Assembly: GCA_977862235.1 (NCBI GenBank)
Contig: OZ374566.1
Coordinates: 806,001 to 870,000 of the forward strand
Direction of reading: 5' to 3'
From: Dudresnaya verticillata
Taxonomy: Eukaryota
Length of the DNA: 64,000 nt
The notes under the pieces are model-generated. The model did no database searches and was not told the DNA's origin. It saw nothing but the letters and a program-made list of their open reading frames with translations. Of this stretch, positions 12,510 through 25,475 are shown piece after piece; within the stretch, counting starts at the first letter, position 1; the number at the start of each line of letters is the position of its first letter. A program made the position numbers and the translations under genes.

Positions 12510-13710
12510 GACGGGCGCGCGCCGCCGGGCGGCGCTCGGCGCGTCGCGCGCGCGCGCTTCCGCACGCGCGCGGCGCGCCAAAACGCGCGCGAAGCGAAGC
12601 GGTGTTTCCAAAGCGCGCGCCGCCTTTCGCGGCGCCGCAGCCTGCGCTACCTGCAGCCGCGCGCGGCGCGCGCGGAGAGAGACGGACGCAGAGACGGCGG
12701 ACGCGCGGCAGGCAGCGGCGCGACGGGCGGTGCGGCGGCGGCTGGCGCGCGCGGCGCAAGGGCTGGTGCGCGCGTTGCGGAAGCGGTGGCGGCCGCGGCG
12801 TGGCGCCTGACGTCGCGAATGCGCGCGGCGCGGCGTGCCGCGGAAACATGCTGATGTAATGCCGTTGCGCCTGTACAGTGCTGTGCCTTAAGGCGCTCGC
12901 GCACCCCTACCGGCAACCGGAACACCACAGGTGTGCAGCGCAGACCGACGCAGCCGCGCGCGCGCGCAAGAGCGCAGTGCAGTACAGTAGCGCGCGGCTG
13001 TGTCTGCAACGCGCGCGCATAGCCGTGCGATGGCCGGGACTATGGCGTCAATCTTCAGCTCGCAGCCCTTCCGACAGCAACGCAGCCCCGCGCCTCTGGG
13101 AAGAGACCCAGCGCCACGCTGCAACCCGCCGCGCCGCTGCACTGTACATGCGCAAGTAGCGCGAGCACGCCGCGCCGCACACTTCATGCACGCCGCGCCG
13201 CACACTTCGCGCACACCACGCCCGCGGTCTCCTATTTCCGTCGCGCGCTTCCTAAACCGCGCGAGACGCGGCGCGCGCCGCCCGTCCGTCCGCACGGTCT
13301 CTTCGCAGCACGAAAAAAGGAAGCAAATAAAACAAGCACCGCAAAAAAAAAAAACAATCCCCGAGCCGCGCCGCGCCACGCCCCGAAACATACAGTGCGT
13401 CATGAGTCGCAGCGTGCGGAAGCGCGCGCAGCGGCGCGCCAGAGAGTGTCGAAGCGCGCCACGGGCGCCTTTGTCGCTCTGCGCGCTTGCGCCGGCTGGC
13501 AGCGCGCGTGCGCACGGGGGCAGCGCCGCGCGCGTTTCGGCCGCGCGCCTTCGGTTGGCGCCGCCGGTCGCGCTTCGTTGTACTGCAGCGCCGCTGTGCG
13601 CAAGGGGCAGGCTTCGGTGCAACCACCGCGTGCGTGCGCGAATGCGCGACGTAGCCGGGTGCGAGAGAGGGCCCGGCCGGCGCATACAGTGCGAATGGTG
13701 CACGTGTTGA
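7470..13710. other. Very GC/CpG-rich low-complexity non-coding island
   Basis: Dense (CG)n, (GCC)n, (GGC)n, (GCCGC)n, (CA/GT)n and (GA)n runs, plus C23 at 8369-8391. All overlapping ORFs are R/A/G/P compositional shadows. Confidence 0.8.
7473..7508. repeat. G36 homopolymer (poly-C on the cyclin sense strand), followed by a G-run-rich polypurine tract to ~7760
   Basis: Read directly from the sequence; it ends 3 nt before the cyclin ATG (7467-7469). Confidence 0.9.
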
Positions 13711-16700
13711 CGACTGCGCCCTTCTTTTGGCGGACAAGGCGCAGCAAAGATATCCTTTCCGAATCAGTCTCCTTGCTTTGCACCTCCGCAACGAGTTTTG
13801 CTCGGTCACCCTCTCGAGGCACACAACCCTCGTCGGCAGAGGCCATATGACAAGGGCTAGTGTGCTCGTATATTGCACAATCTTTTGCATGATGCCCCTT
13901 GTAAGCAACTGTAACATAACACCGGCGACGTTTGAGCTCGCTTTGATCGCAATAAGAAAAAAGTCTTTTCTTCAAAAAAAAAAGGTTTCCGGCTTTGTAA
14001 CCGCGCTGCTGCACAATAACCCTGCTCCCGCCTGCAGGAGGTAGCAGCTAAACACCCTTCAGCATATCAGACATGACGTGAGCAAGTCACCATATAAGGC
14101 AAATCTATTGCGACAACACATGACTTAAAAGTGAGCCCTTGCGACCGTCTCAAGTTGAAGAACAGGAACACCCACTTGCTGCCATTCACTATTCAATACT
14201 CCTGACAATGTCCAGCGGCATTCACTCAGCAGCAGCGGTATTTTTACGAATAGGTCATTGTGAGTGGCGGGGACGCAAACGCACTTGACGCACTTGAAAC
14301 CGCGGCAAATAAGCTTTTAACGTTTTCTCAACAACGCAATTAGAAATCAACCTCGTGCACGCACCATGCACCACACAAACACCAAGCTTCTTGTCGCTGC
14401 GTGGTCGTCTGCGAATCTTTTCTTACATACGCGCACAAATGAGGACAGATGCTTCCTGACTTTTCGAAACAGAAACCTCGCGCAAGTGACGCTTTAATAG
14501 AGCACGCAGGTGTCACGAGCAAAACTTGTTTAGCAAGTTGCAGCATCTACACCGCCATGTCCCTGGCGCAAACGCACGCAGACCTGCATATTCCCCGCTG
14601 TCTAGTACAGTAGGCGGATCACCACGTGGTCACCAACGCAGTGCCCTAGGGCGAAGGTTCGACGCACTGGAGCTAGTTTGCATTTGCAAGTTTGCGAGGT
14701 TTATTGCATGCAGACACACCAAGCAGCAGTGCGACGGCATATGGCCTCAAAGATTGTTGCGTTTTATTTGTTTGAGTCAGTCTACGGGTAGTACTGCAAA
14801 CGTTGACGCGTGAGACTCCATTGGGAATAATAGTTGAGTCGATGAATGGTCCAGTATCATGAGCAAACATGCGTTGAATTGCTTCATGCAGTCAAGTTCC
14901 TTACAACAGCACCCTTTGGTGAGAAAAAGCACAGCTCTGGTTCTGGGTCGCATCCACAGTGCGTGTGGGAGGGTCTCAGGTGCATGAGGTCGGATTGTGC
15001 AAAACACAGTACGAGGTAATAAGGCTGTATTGCAGCATTCATGAGGTTTAATTGAGGCTATTCACACGGTATGAGCACGTGTCTGAAGGTGAGTATCACA
15101 CAGTTGGCCAACCTCTTTTACACGTACAGTGCTCTTCTGAACTACTAGGGCTACTGTGCTGCTGTTCGGCGACCGCACCAGCTTGACATCTTGTTCCTGG
15201 GTAGAGATTACTGTAGCAGTTATCGTCGTCTGCAGGCACACTTTTGATGGTGCGACTTAAACCTGCTACCGACTGCAGCTGTCATTCTATTGTATTGTAC
15301 TGTATGAAATAATGAACATAGTGTGAGTATTGGACAGCAGCCTTTAACATTTGCTATATTCTGCTTATACTGTCATCGCCGCCATCTTCCCAGAATCCCT
15401 GTCGCATCTTCTCGCCAACTACTGAAAACCATCATCTACCAGCACAATGGCAAGGCCAAGAAAGGCCCTGGTCTTAGCCCTAATTGCCGAGGAGGGAGAA
15501 GGAAGGCGGTCGCCAGCCTTCGCATGCCTGACGGACATTAATCCTAGACTGGCGCTGAATTAAGAAGCATATGTAAATAGAATTGCACTCGCTGCAGCTG
15601 GAGCTTGTCTTTGCCTCGCGTAATATTCTATGGCACTCTTTTCTTTCCGCATACCTGTTAACGTAGCTCTGTGGAACCCATCGTCGTGTGGATTCTACAA
15701 TATAGTGGATGAGGGAACTTCAGTAGTGATTAGATCACGCCTTCAATCTAACAAAGTCAGGCTGCCTTACTCTGGCATCCAATTTCCGCACCTCACAGAA
15801 CAAACTATTCTTTTCGTTCTACAACCTGAATTCAACTTTAGGTTTTCCTTCCCTCAAGTCCCAGCCCTAGTAGCTGATACCCATTCTCCCCTTTTCCCTT
15901 ACTCAGGCGCAAAGGAAGATTGAAAGCAATTCCACTTTGGGATGAAAACGAAGGAAGAGATATTTACAAAGTAGCAGTGATATTATCCAATACTGTATCC
16001 AAATGATTCTGCTTTCGCACACCAATATTTAATAAACGCTGCAGAGTAATGTAAACTACGTCACGCTGTATTATAATAGTCTGCATTGTTGCCCGGCATC
16101 TGAACTTTTAATATTCCTCGAACTCAGTACCATTTTGTGATACCGCATTTTGTTGACAGACGGGTGTTTGTTTCTATCCAAATATTAGTAATGAGGTCTG
16201 GAGGTTTTTGTGTACAGTAGTGTGTAGCATTACAAGATGGCTCTGTAGAACACGCACGCAATAGAAATATTCTTGCATCAAATCCAGCCCTAATTGGCGT
16301 TGGACGTTTTCCACTCTATACTTGCCCATGAGTTGGTACAGTATTACAGAGTTAAACCCGCTAGTTTGAGACATTCTTTTAACTAGAAAAATCCCAAGCT
16401 TAAGCACAGGGCCGTGCACGAGCAGTGAATTGCAAAAGCATTGGTGCTGAGGAGAGGGTTACATTTTCCCAATTGTAGAGCATCATGTTCCACAAAACAC
16501 ATAAACTCGCACAAATGAAGCCCAGGAGTACATCTCAATGCCATTCAGAAAGCTGACCTCAGTGAGAGTGTCATCAATTTTCTGGGCAGTTTGTAATCCT
16601 GCGACTAGTCAAGACTGTAGTTTACACCTTGCAGTAAATAAATGAACAAGTTTCAAGCTTTTCAGGATATGCTAGGGAGAGCCTAGTGCTAAAGGCAATG

Positions 16701-18017
16701 AGTCCCAGACCAAGTAGGTTGATTTCCTTCTATGGATCGACAGAAAGAGACGTGTCATCTGAATTATTGGAATGTTTGTGTGGGCACTACCACGCACGGG
16801 ACGCCAAACGCCGCACGGAACGAGTAGAATCGTTCAAAAACTACACTGGGATGACTGCGCAGGCCCAAAAAAACTTGCGTGCGTTGGCCACACCAGCTAA
16901 GGCACAGTGTTACGATCATTTGCTTGCTAGGATAACCGACTAGCGCTCTAATGCAACTACCGTGCAGGGGAGGTAGTAACGATCCGGGGTTTGGCCGAAA
17001 TCTGGGTGTCGTGGTACGGAGAGCACTAATAACTACCGCCAGTACTGTATGCCCAGATAAATACAAGGCGTGAGTCCTGAACGAGCTGAAGTTGCTCAAC
17101 TTCTGCCAATTGAGAACAAGCTCGTATCTAATGAAGCCCTGTCCGTGCAGCGATGGGAATTCCCTGACGCTGGCCGTAAACAGGTCCGGCACAGAGCTAC
17201 TATCTTGATGACTTGGATACCATTGATAAATTGGGCTTTAGCCTGCTTTGGTGCTTTTGTGCGCCGCAAAGAACGAGTTGCTGTGCTGGGCTTTGTAGTT
17301 GAGAGGCAAGCTAGTTGCTATGAAAGTACCATAGTGGTATGCACCCCAGGGTCTGCAGCCCCAAAGTTGGATCGCTGGAAGCGCGCTGCGGAAAAGCGTG
17401 TGGGCTTTTGTCTTCATTCATTTCTATTAGCTTGCTGGTAGAGGCGATTGTTTTCCATCATTGCCTTCTAATACGAATCATTGTCCGCAGACGGCGCTTT
17501 CACAGTTTTGAAAATCCACACTCCCCCCCTGAAGAGCTCGGCCATCGGCGCAATGCTGATGTCACCGAAGGTGATTACTACAGAAACGGTCCAATCGGTC
17601 CCGTCCAACGGACACTTTAACCCAACTGGGGCAGCCACGGACTCCAAATATAATGAAAATTTCAGGGAACGTTTCAGAAACTTCGGGAAAACGCCAGACT
17701 TTTCAGCGCGAAAGTTCCCGACCACGGAGAGCCCTCCCGCCGCCAAAAAGGCGGAAGGCAAACGTTTTATCACACTCTCCTCTTGCCCGACGATGGCCGG
17801 GACAGCTACATCTCACGGATTGCCTTTGAGTGCTTAAACGCTCGCCCGTTCCGCTTCAACTGCACTCGCTTTGACCGTACCACCCACACCGCTACCCTCA
17901 ACCGGCATCGCCTCCACCCCCGCGCAGCGACACCGACTGCAATCAGTCTCCAGTGCATCCTTTTCAACCCCCCCTTTTTTTTATCCAAAGAGCGCGACTA
18001 CGCCAAGAAGAAGAGCA

Positions 18018-18818
18018 ATGGTGATTTGCAAGTATTATCAAGAAGGGCGGTGTCGCTACGGCAACAATTGCAAGTACGAACACATCGATCCACCGGAAGG
18101 GGGTTCCTCGCGAAGCGACCCGTTCTCCACCCCGACGAGAGGGCAGGGCCGACACAGCAACAGCAAGCCCGCAGACCAGCAACCGCAATGGCCGATAACA
18201 GCAATCGGCAGTAAGGAAAACGTCGAACAGGGTAACGACCTCACCGGCGACCTCTCACCAGAAGAACTGCGAGTGCTAGCGTACAGCATGGCACCGCGTG
18301 GTATGTCGGCAGACGTCACCCGGCGGGAGGGCCAGCTTGTAGCCGAGCATCAGGCGAAGGTCGACGCGTTGTTACGCGGTGGGATGCAGACAGGGCTACC
18401 AGGCACAGGAAGTAATGGCTTCCAGGTCAAGGACCCATTCGCGCAAAATCCAAGCGCCCCTGCACAACAAGTCCCAGGTTTTGGCGGAGCCGCGAATATG
18501 AAGGGGGGTGCCGCACAACAGCAAAATCCGTTCGGGAATCCACCACCGCAGCAGAATCCGTTTGGACAGCCGCCACAACAGCAGCAGAACCCATTTGGCC
18601 AAGCACCACCACCACAACAACAAGGTCAGTTCGGAGCTCCGGCGCAGCCGCAAGCGAATGCCTACGCGCAGAACGCTGGGTTCGCTCAACCAGCACCGCA
18701 AGCTCCCGCGCAGAACTCAGCGCCCGTAGCCAGCTCGGGTCAAGATCCACAGTTCTCGGCTGCCCAGTTCGGCTTCGCAAAGGTACCCGAGGCGGCACCA
18801 CCACCGAAGTATTACTAG
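18018..18818 (+). CDS. NUP42: CCCH zinc-finger FG-nucleoporin NUP42/NUPL2 (CG1/Amo1)-like
   Basis: N-terminal CKYYQEGRCRYGNNCKYEH zinc finger, DLSPEELR motif, repeated NPFG motifs, C-terminal F...FAKVPEAAPP motif. Confidence 0.85.
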   Translation: MVICKYYQEGRCRYGNNCKYEHIDPPEGGSSRSDPFSTPTRGQGRHSNSKPADQQPQWPITAIGSKENVEQGNDLTGDLSPEELRVLAYSMAPRGMSADVTRREGQLVAEHQAKVDALLRGGMQTGLPGTGSNGFQVKDPFAQNPSAPAQQVPGFGGAANMKGGAAQQQNPFGNPPPQQNPFGQPPQQQQNPFGQAPPPQQQGQFGAPAQPQANAYAQNAGFAQPAPQAPAQNSAPVASSGQDPQFSAAQFGFAKVPEAAPPPKYY

Positions 18819-19044
18819 GGCCACCTAAGGAGACTGTGACCCCTGACGGATGAGATTGTCAAGGCTTAGTACTAACCCAATAGACAAGTCGTTCACCAGA
18901 AGGCTCACAAGACTAGCTTGTAACAGAAGAACCGGGTCAGGGCGAGCTGCTGCACATAATTCGGTACGCTCGGAGATCGTTGGTTTTGCTCGTGGAAAGG
19001 ATATGTGTTTTATATACAAGAAGCTAACATACAGCAGTTGAACA

Positions 19045-19937
19045 CTAATTTCGTCGGATGACACGTCTGAGCTGTCTCCCTTGGACGGGTCGAGCGGTAG
19101 ACTCACTTGCCGTGTTGGTAGTGCGGTTAGTATCGGAAGTGAGGCCCTTGGTGTCGGGATCAACATGAATGGTGTACAGGTTGTTGAGCACTTTGGTCAA
19201 GATGGGGCGGTGAACGTTGATTTCATGGGACGAAAGATTGTCCACCTTAATCGCGTTCACGCGGTCTCGGACGTTCTCCTGCATCCATTTCCGCATTTTG
19301 CTATCTCTGACGTTGGACAGATCTTCAACAGATCGACGTAACTGTGCAGCATTGGTAAGGTCGTCTGAGGCATGGTGGAAGAGCAACGACGCAATCTAGT
19401 ATCATGGTATAGATAAAGGGAGATGGCCACGGTACGTGTCGTAGTTAGTGTTGACGGAGTTAGCGATTCGATTGAGGCCCAAAGTTGTCGGCAAAGTAGG
19501 CCAACGGTTAAACTATTAACTTACCTCGAAGAAATGGAACGGTATTGCCTGCAGCTCATCTTCGTTTTCTCTTTCCTTTGTAATGTACTCCTCGACCTTC
19601 CGGACAGTGAACCAGCGCGGCGGCAAAATCTTGCAGCGATGAAACTTCTTGAGAGCCAGTGCAAGCCAAAGAGGAACCTACACGATTGCCAAGAGATGCA
19701 TGATTGTTAGATTCTTTCCCTGCAAGCTGCTCCCGCATGTATGGCGGGCGCAGCCCTTCGCAAACTCACCTGGCTGGAAACGGAGGGCTCAAACGGCCCA
19801 AAGTCCCCGCGAATCAAGCGAATAACCTTTGACTGGACCATAGGATTGATTTCGATGAGCTCGTCTTCCGCTAGAAACTCTCCTCGCTGAAAAGACAGCT
19901 CTGCAGACGCTGCCTCTGTCGCAGCTGATGACTCCAT
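19045..19937 (-). CDS. GINS2: GINS complex subunit Psf2; exons 19937-19770, 19677-19525, 19395-19045
   Basis: EFLAEDELIEINP...GDFGPFEP | VPLWLALALKKFHRCKILPPRW | VEDLSNVRDSK...NLSSHEIN. Two GT-AG introns keep the frame. Confidence 0.93.
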
Positions 19938-20161
19938 GGTTGTAGCACAGTTTTGTTGGTAAGTAATGCAGGTAGATAGTGTAGCGTCCAGTCCAACTAT
20001 AGTGGGAGCCGTTGGTGCTGTAGGTCCTTGCAGAGATCAACTTCGACGAAGTGGCGAAAAAGGGGCGAGGGTACTGCTATTGTGCGAACGGGCGAAGCGA
20101 ACGCAGAGCAAACAAAGGGGGTTGGAAGGAGGTTCGAAAAAGACAGGTTTAAGTATTTCTT

Positions 20162-20173
20162 TTTCCCGCCAAA
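20162..20173. promoter_or_regulatory. E2F-type site TTTCCCGCCAAA upstream of GINS2
   Basis: Matches the TTTSSCGC consensus ~225 nt upstream of the ATG of a DNA-replication gene. Confidence 0.6.
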
Positions 20174-21148
20174 AATATGGGCCTAAAACTGCGACCCAGT
20201 CGTATCGGTAATCGTACGGCGTGTCGCCGCGGGCAACCCTCGCTAGCACCCTTGAAATGCCCAGCTTCTCCGCAGAGCGGTAGCTCTAAGTTCTAGGTGG
20301 AATCTCAGTGTTGTGCATGTAGCGTGAAGGTGCCGTGGACTTCAGCGCCGGTCTTACTGTGCTTCACGATGCTTGCTAAATATGGCTCTAGAATTAAGTC
20401 ACGTCATCGCTTTCTATTCAGCTACTTCTGATCCCCACTTGTATTTGCACTGCCTCTTCAAGACGCTGAAATCAAGCTTTCTAGTATATGGAGAATCCAG
20501 CAATACCTGGTTTACCGACTGAAGACGGTAAGGATCGCGGGCTCTCTTGATCAAACTGCCCCAACTAGAAGCAGCTCAGTTCTTTGGCAGACTGTGAATA
20601 TTTTCCTCGTATCAGAGTGAGATGCGTGTGTATTGACTGTCTACGAAAACAGGCATTCGGAGCTACGTTTACAAACATAGCGAGCACTACGCAGTCAACA
20701 AGTCTTCGCTGCATCGCAAGGCACCGACCCTGCCCATCAGAACACCAGGAAAAAGGATCGCCTTTACGACCCGAAGATTGCGAATGCTCGCTCTAGGCTC
20801 GTTTCTTTCTCGTGTGGCTCCCTGCACTTTTCGACTCAGTGACACTCATGAGGTAGCTCGTGACAGCGGCGAGCGGGAAAGCATTGCTGCGTTTCGTTTG
20901 CCACGTGGCCAGAAAAATTAGAAAAAAGTTCACAAAACGATCCTTCTCTGCAAAAACTTCTGGAGTGAGAAAGTGCGACAGAGGGAGGCAATGGCGGGTG
21001 TGTGTGAGAAAGCGCCGATGATGCCCGTCCTTTGCGGCCACGGTACGAAACCTCCGCGTGCTGCGAACAAGCAAAGCCTACGTCTCCCTGCGCGCTTCTC
21101 CAACACGCGGCGCGCTACGAGAAGGGCAAGCGTTAGGAGATAGCCGCA

Positions 21149-21375
21149 ATGGCCTATTCCGCTCCTTCGGCTAGTTCGTTTGTTCTCGGTGCGGTTGTTG
21201 TTGTCGTGGGAATTATTGTGCCGCTGGCGGTAATGGTACGTCTACCGACTTTTGCAGTCGTGCACGTCAAGCGGCCATAGTATTCGACGAGAAAATCTCG
21301 GGACAGATCTGACCATTCCTTTGCGCCAAACTGCAGATTGTGAAGAACAAGAAGGTGTTCTCAAGGCAGGAATGA
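21149..21375 (+). CDS. Spliced 41-aa single-TM microprotein MAYSAPSASSFVLGAVVVVVGIIVPLAVMIVKNKKVFSRQE; exons 21149-21235, 21337-21375
   Basis: gcaATGG start. The 101-nt intron GTACGT...CTGAC(21309)...CTGCAG matches the other introns in this window. A hydrophobic helix is followed by a basic tail. Confidence 0.7.
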
Positions 21376-23439
21376 AGCGCTCTCCTGCGCGTCGGCTTTC
21401 CTGATCATTGCAACATGCATGAGCGTGTCCTCAAGTACTGAGAGATGCGGGATTTCTGTGGAGCACTGCGGATCGAGCCAGCGGGGTAGGGCAGTGCACC
21501 GGGAAGTTGGGGATTGGCAAACTAGCTTCGCTTGTGTCTCAGTCTTGCTGTCGTCGAGAGCTTCTCGTGGAAGCGTTGCGGCCTGCGCTTGCAATAGCTA
21601 TTGATTTCGAAGGGGAGAATTGCAGAGTTCTGCATTGTGGCGGGAGTCTGTTGCAACTGGAGCAGCGTGAACCGTATGATCGCCAATGCATTATGGGGTA
21701 TTTACGAAACGAAAGTTAATGGCCGGGGCTGGCGAGATTTGGATGTGCGCTTAGAACACTACTCGGAATGTTCGCTTGGTGAACAGATGGTCAAAAAGTG
21801 TGTACATCAACCTTGGGTACCTACGAGACTACTTTTCGACAATGACAGGCACCTGGCTTTCCTCCTTGTCCATGGATGCACGGGCGACTCGTGATAGCTG
21901 GTACAGATTAGTTAACGCGACAAAAACGTTAGCACCCGCGAGGTTGTAGTTGAGCGGGGTGATAACGAAGCTCCACCGAGCTGCAGGTAGGGAAAGTTAA
22001 AGTTGAAGGACCAAACGCAGCACGCCCGAATGCGAAACATGCATGTTAGTTCACGATTCCAAAGCTCCTGACATGCCGCTTCCGCTTTCTCGCAACCCGA
22101 CAGCGTAGACTTACTCCAAACCATTCCAGTGAGTGCCAGGGCTATGCAAGACACATTTGAAAATAGAGCCGCAATGTGAGTTCATGAGCACTTTTTTAAG
22201 ATGCAGAGCGATGACCAGAACACGTATCATATCGGTCGGCTGCTCTTCGAAACACGCCGCAGGGAGCACACAAAGGCCACGACTGATCAGAAGGGGATCC
22301 GACATCACCCTTGAACGTACCAGAGCACTGGGGAACAGAAAGGTCCTCAACGGGGCGCTTTGTGTCCGAAAGGCTTGCGAAGACAAGTCCCCATTTCATA
22401 GTTGGGGCCCAGAAGAAGACTAGTGATGCAAAGAGTCGTTAGCACAGATGCATCTCCAATTTCAGGTCGGGTCTCTCAGATGACTACGGCACAATTGTGA
22501 CGGGTTACACACCTGTCTTCAATCCAGCAGGATGAGTCCACAAAGCGCGAAGGCGAGCGGCCATGACGAGAATTCGGCTTGCTGCTTTGACGCTGCCTCG
22601 CAGAAAAGTCTTCGGTTCGATCCGGATGCCACAGCAGGGCACAGTGCCGATACACACAGCTGGATTACACAGTTCCAACAGCGCACGGTAGAAGCAGACG
22701 CTGTAGTTGGACGAGCAACCTCGGGACTGAAGAAGATGCAATTGTGTGTCACGATCTGCGCGAGGCGCAAGGAAGTAGGCAAAGCTGAGCGGCTTGTTGA
22801 CCCTCTACCTCCGCCACTGCTACTGCGGATTGCTTAGCCTGGTCTACGGCAGGAGTTGCGAGTTGGCGTTAGGGCATTGGGCGTGCAGCACGTTCAGATA
22901 TCGACGTTCCACATAAGCCAATCATCACGCGACTTCGACACGATAGTATCTTAGATGCTTACAGTGACGTGGACTCCTTTCCCTTGCTACTGAGTTAGAG
23001 CCAGATCGGCGCCCTCGTCCGCCATGGCAACACACTGCGGAGATCACTTCAAGGTCAGCAATGATTTGGAGTTGCACTCGCTGTTTCTGAATGTAACTGC
23101 AGGCGTCTTTTCTTTCTGCGAAGGGAAGCAAAGCCTGGAGCCTGGAACACGCCTCAGCAAGGCCGACGTTGGATACTCAGCTGGCGGAAGGCGCGACGAT
23201 GGATGCCGTGTATCCAAAGGAGGCAACCAGTCTGCGATGCTGGAAGAGTGATGCTGTGATGCTCGCAGCGGACTTGGATGGGCTTCTAGTGCGTATAAAA
23301 ATGATACCAGAGCGAGCTGCTGAATGCCGCGAATACAAATCCTGGTGTCATTGCGTTGAGTCACACAACTACGGCCCGGAGCAACGACGAAAGTCTTGTG
23401 GAATACACGGGTGTGCTTTACAATGATGCAAGGCTTGAA

Positions 23440-24582
23440 CTAGCCTTGAGCATTCTGCACCCTCGACTTGCCCTAGTGATCCTCAGTATAGACATTGCGA
23501 TACGACTGGATGGGTTTTGCGTGTTCGGCCTCGAAATCGATAAGCTGGACCTCCTCCACCTCGGGCTGACTTGGAAACGCTGGCATCGGCGTCCGCGGAT
23601 CCAAGTAGTTCTCGAACATAGCAAACGCCTCCGGGTTCACAAACTCTGGGAACAAAACGCAAAACTTTGTGATTGAACTGCATCTGTGACTCGGATTCTT
23701 CCAGGATTCTTCCAGATCGACGTACTCTCGTTAGAAACGGTCTTCATCGACCCCAACCAAACTTATCACGGAACTCGCTGGCAATAAAACAAGTAAAAGC
23801 CATCGCCATCGATCTGCTTGACGTGGAAGTCGACACTGAAGAAGACGCCAGTCAGAGAAATCGTCTTCTCCAAGCTCAGGTGTCGCCCTCACGGGCAAAT
23901 GTGTATCCTGCTCCATCACGTTCAAAGCAAATACGATATCACCTGGGATGCTGCCCAGACTTGCAGTTGCTTGGCTGGACATGATAGTTTTCGGACCGTT
24001 CTGCACGCCACATCTTCGCACCTTTGTTAGCCAGACAGCGATACCTCACGATGATAACCCTGCCAAAACCATTGCAATTTGCGCAACTTTTCTAGACCTC
24101 TTGCAACACCTTACAGGGGGCAAATCCAGACAAACGCGACAAAGACATCACAAACTCGGGAGGGCTAGCCGGAAGAGACACCTTTAAACTGCGTGGCTCC
24201 TTTACCCTTCTACCTCTTGCAAATGCGGTTCCGGACGATGGTTGTTCCGGACGATGGTCAGCTTGCCGGTATTCCCATTGTAGAGGTCCGCGAGCGAATG
24301 GGGAAGACGATAGCCAAGGTTATCATCCTTTCGTTGGCCGCGGGGTGGCATGCCGCTACCAGACATAGCCGAGGAGAGGCAGTGCACATCAGCCGGCCAC
24401 CACAAAGCGCCTTTCCACCGTGCCTATCGCGCTGCTCGGCATCGCTTAGTATAGCAACTAGCAACCGCAGCCCAAATCCCCTTGAAAAGATCCTCGACAT
24501 AGACTTTATCTGGTTGACGGGTCATAGCAAGCCTGTGACACGCCTTCTTGATGACGTTCCGCTGTGTGTCTTTCGATACGCC
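23440..24582 (-). pseudogene. Degenerate unprocessed duplicate of the DNAJA gene at 26556-27929
   Basis: Fragments GVSKDTQRNVIKKACHRLAMTRQPDK, LADLYNGNTGKLTIVRN, PGDIVFAL, ENYLDPRTPMPA...EEVQLIDFE and VQNAQG* are collinear with the intact gene. It has frameshifts and stops. The acceptor aaacag|ggcgt and some 3' flank similarity are retained. Confidence 0.85.
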
Positions 24583-25475
24583 CTGTTTCCAGGATTATTG
24601 CAAACGGGAGGGAGTTGCCGGGACGGCATGAATGGCATGAATGCGGGCGGGGGAAGAGATAGGGGATTAGTAGCTGGGGAGGATCAAGACGGTAGGAGAG
24701 GGAAACTGAGGCTCAAAACGATAAAACGATGGGTCCGAACCCATTGTGTCATGTTGCGGGCACGAGAACAAATTTCACATTTAGCTTCCAGAGGATTTCT
24801 CGATTCAAGGGAGGCGTGTGCCTCCGGGTTCAAGTCGCGGCACGGGCTGCACTCAAGCGCCACTTCAGCCTGTACTTGAAACACTTTCCTGATCCAAGGC
24901 CTGTTCGATAATTCCAATAACGAAGGGCAGCGCGAAAGCGCCGTCATGTCTCAGTGGCTTGCTCGAAGGTGAAGAACACTCCTGTGTGCCGAGAGAGCCC
25001 GGAGCGCTTCCGGGGCGGCATTGTGGCAATGCTAGCGTGACGCGCTCCCCCGAGAGCCATGGTTTCGCCGACCGGTTGCAATAGAACGTCAGCCGGTTCG
25101 GTCAGCATGTAGGTGGCGGGGGAGTTCACTTTGATGCGCTACAGGACTGTAATCCCTGACCTTACAGCGACGTGGACTGTTTGGTCTTCTCTCGCATCCA
25201 GATCAGATTCATGGTGGGAATCGCTTTTGGCCTTCTCATGGAACAGATCTCGCTGCAAGATGCTGAGCTGTCATGGAATATAGGTCACCGTTGGTACGAA
25301 GAGCAGCAGCCAACAATAGCAATACCGGTCCCGCAGCCACTCCCGCGCTGTCATCGCTCTTTGCTATCGCAGAAGAAAAACATAGAGCCGGCGCTACCCT
25401 GCATCAGAAACTACCATCTGTCGGCTTCTTGGAGTGAACGATATTTCCCCATCGTCCGGACCGACGTTGACCGCG

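Noticed and set aside
7563..13917. Many long ORFs (e.g. 767 aa at 7563-9866)
   Set aside because: These are R/A/G/P-rich translations of microsatellite-laden GC-rich DNA. They are open in many frames because stop codons are depleted, and show no domains.
15448..15563. Short ATG ORF MARPRKALVLALIAEE..., possible transposase N-terminal relic
   Set aside because: Terminates after 38 codons; no catalytic motif or TIRs found.
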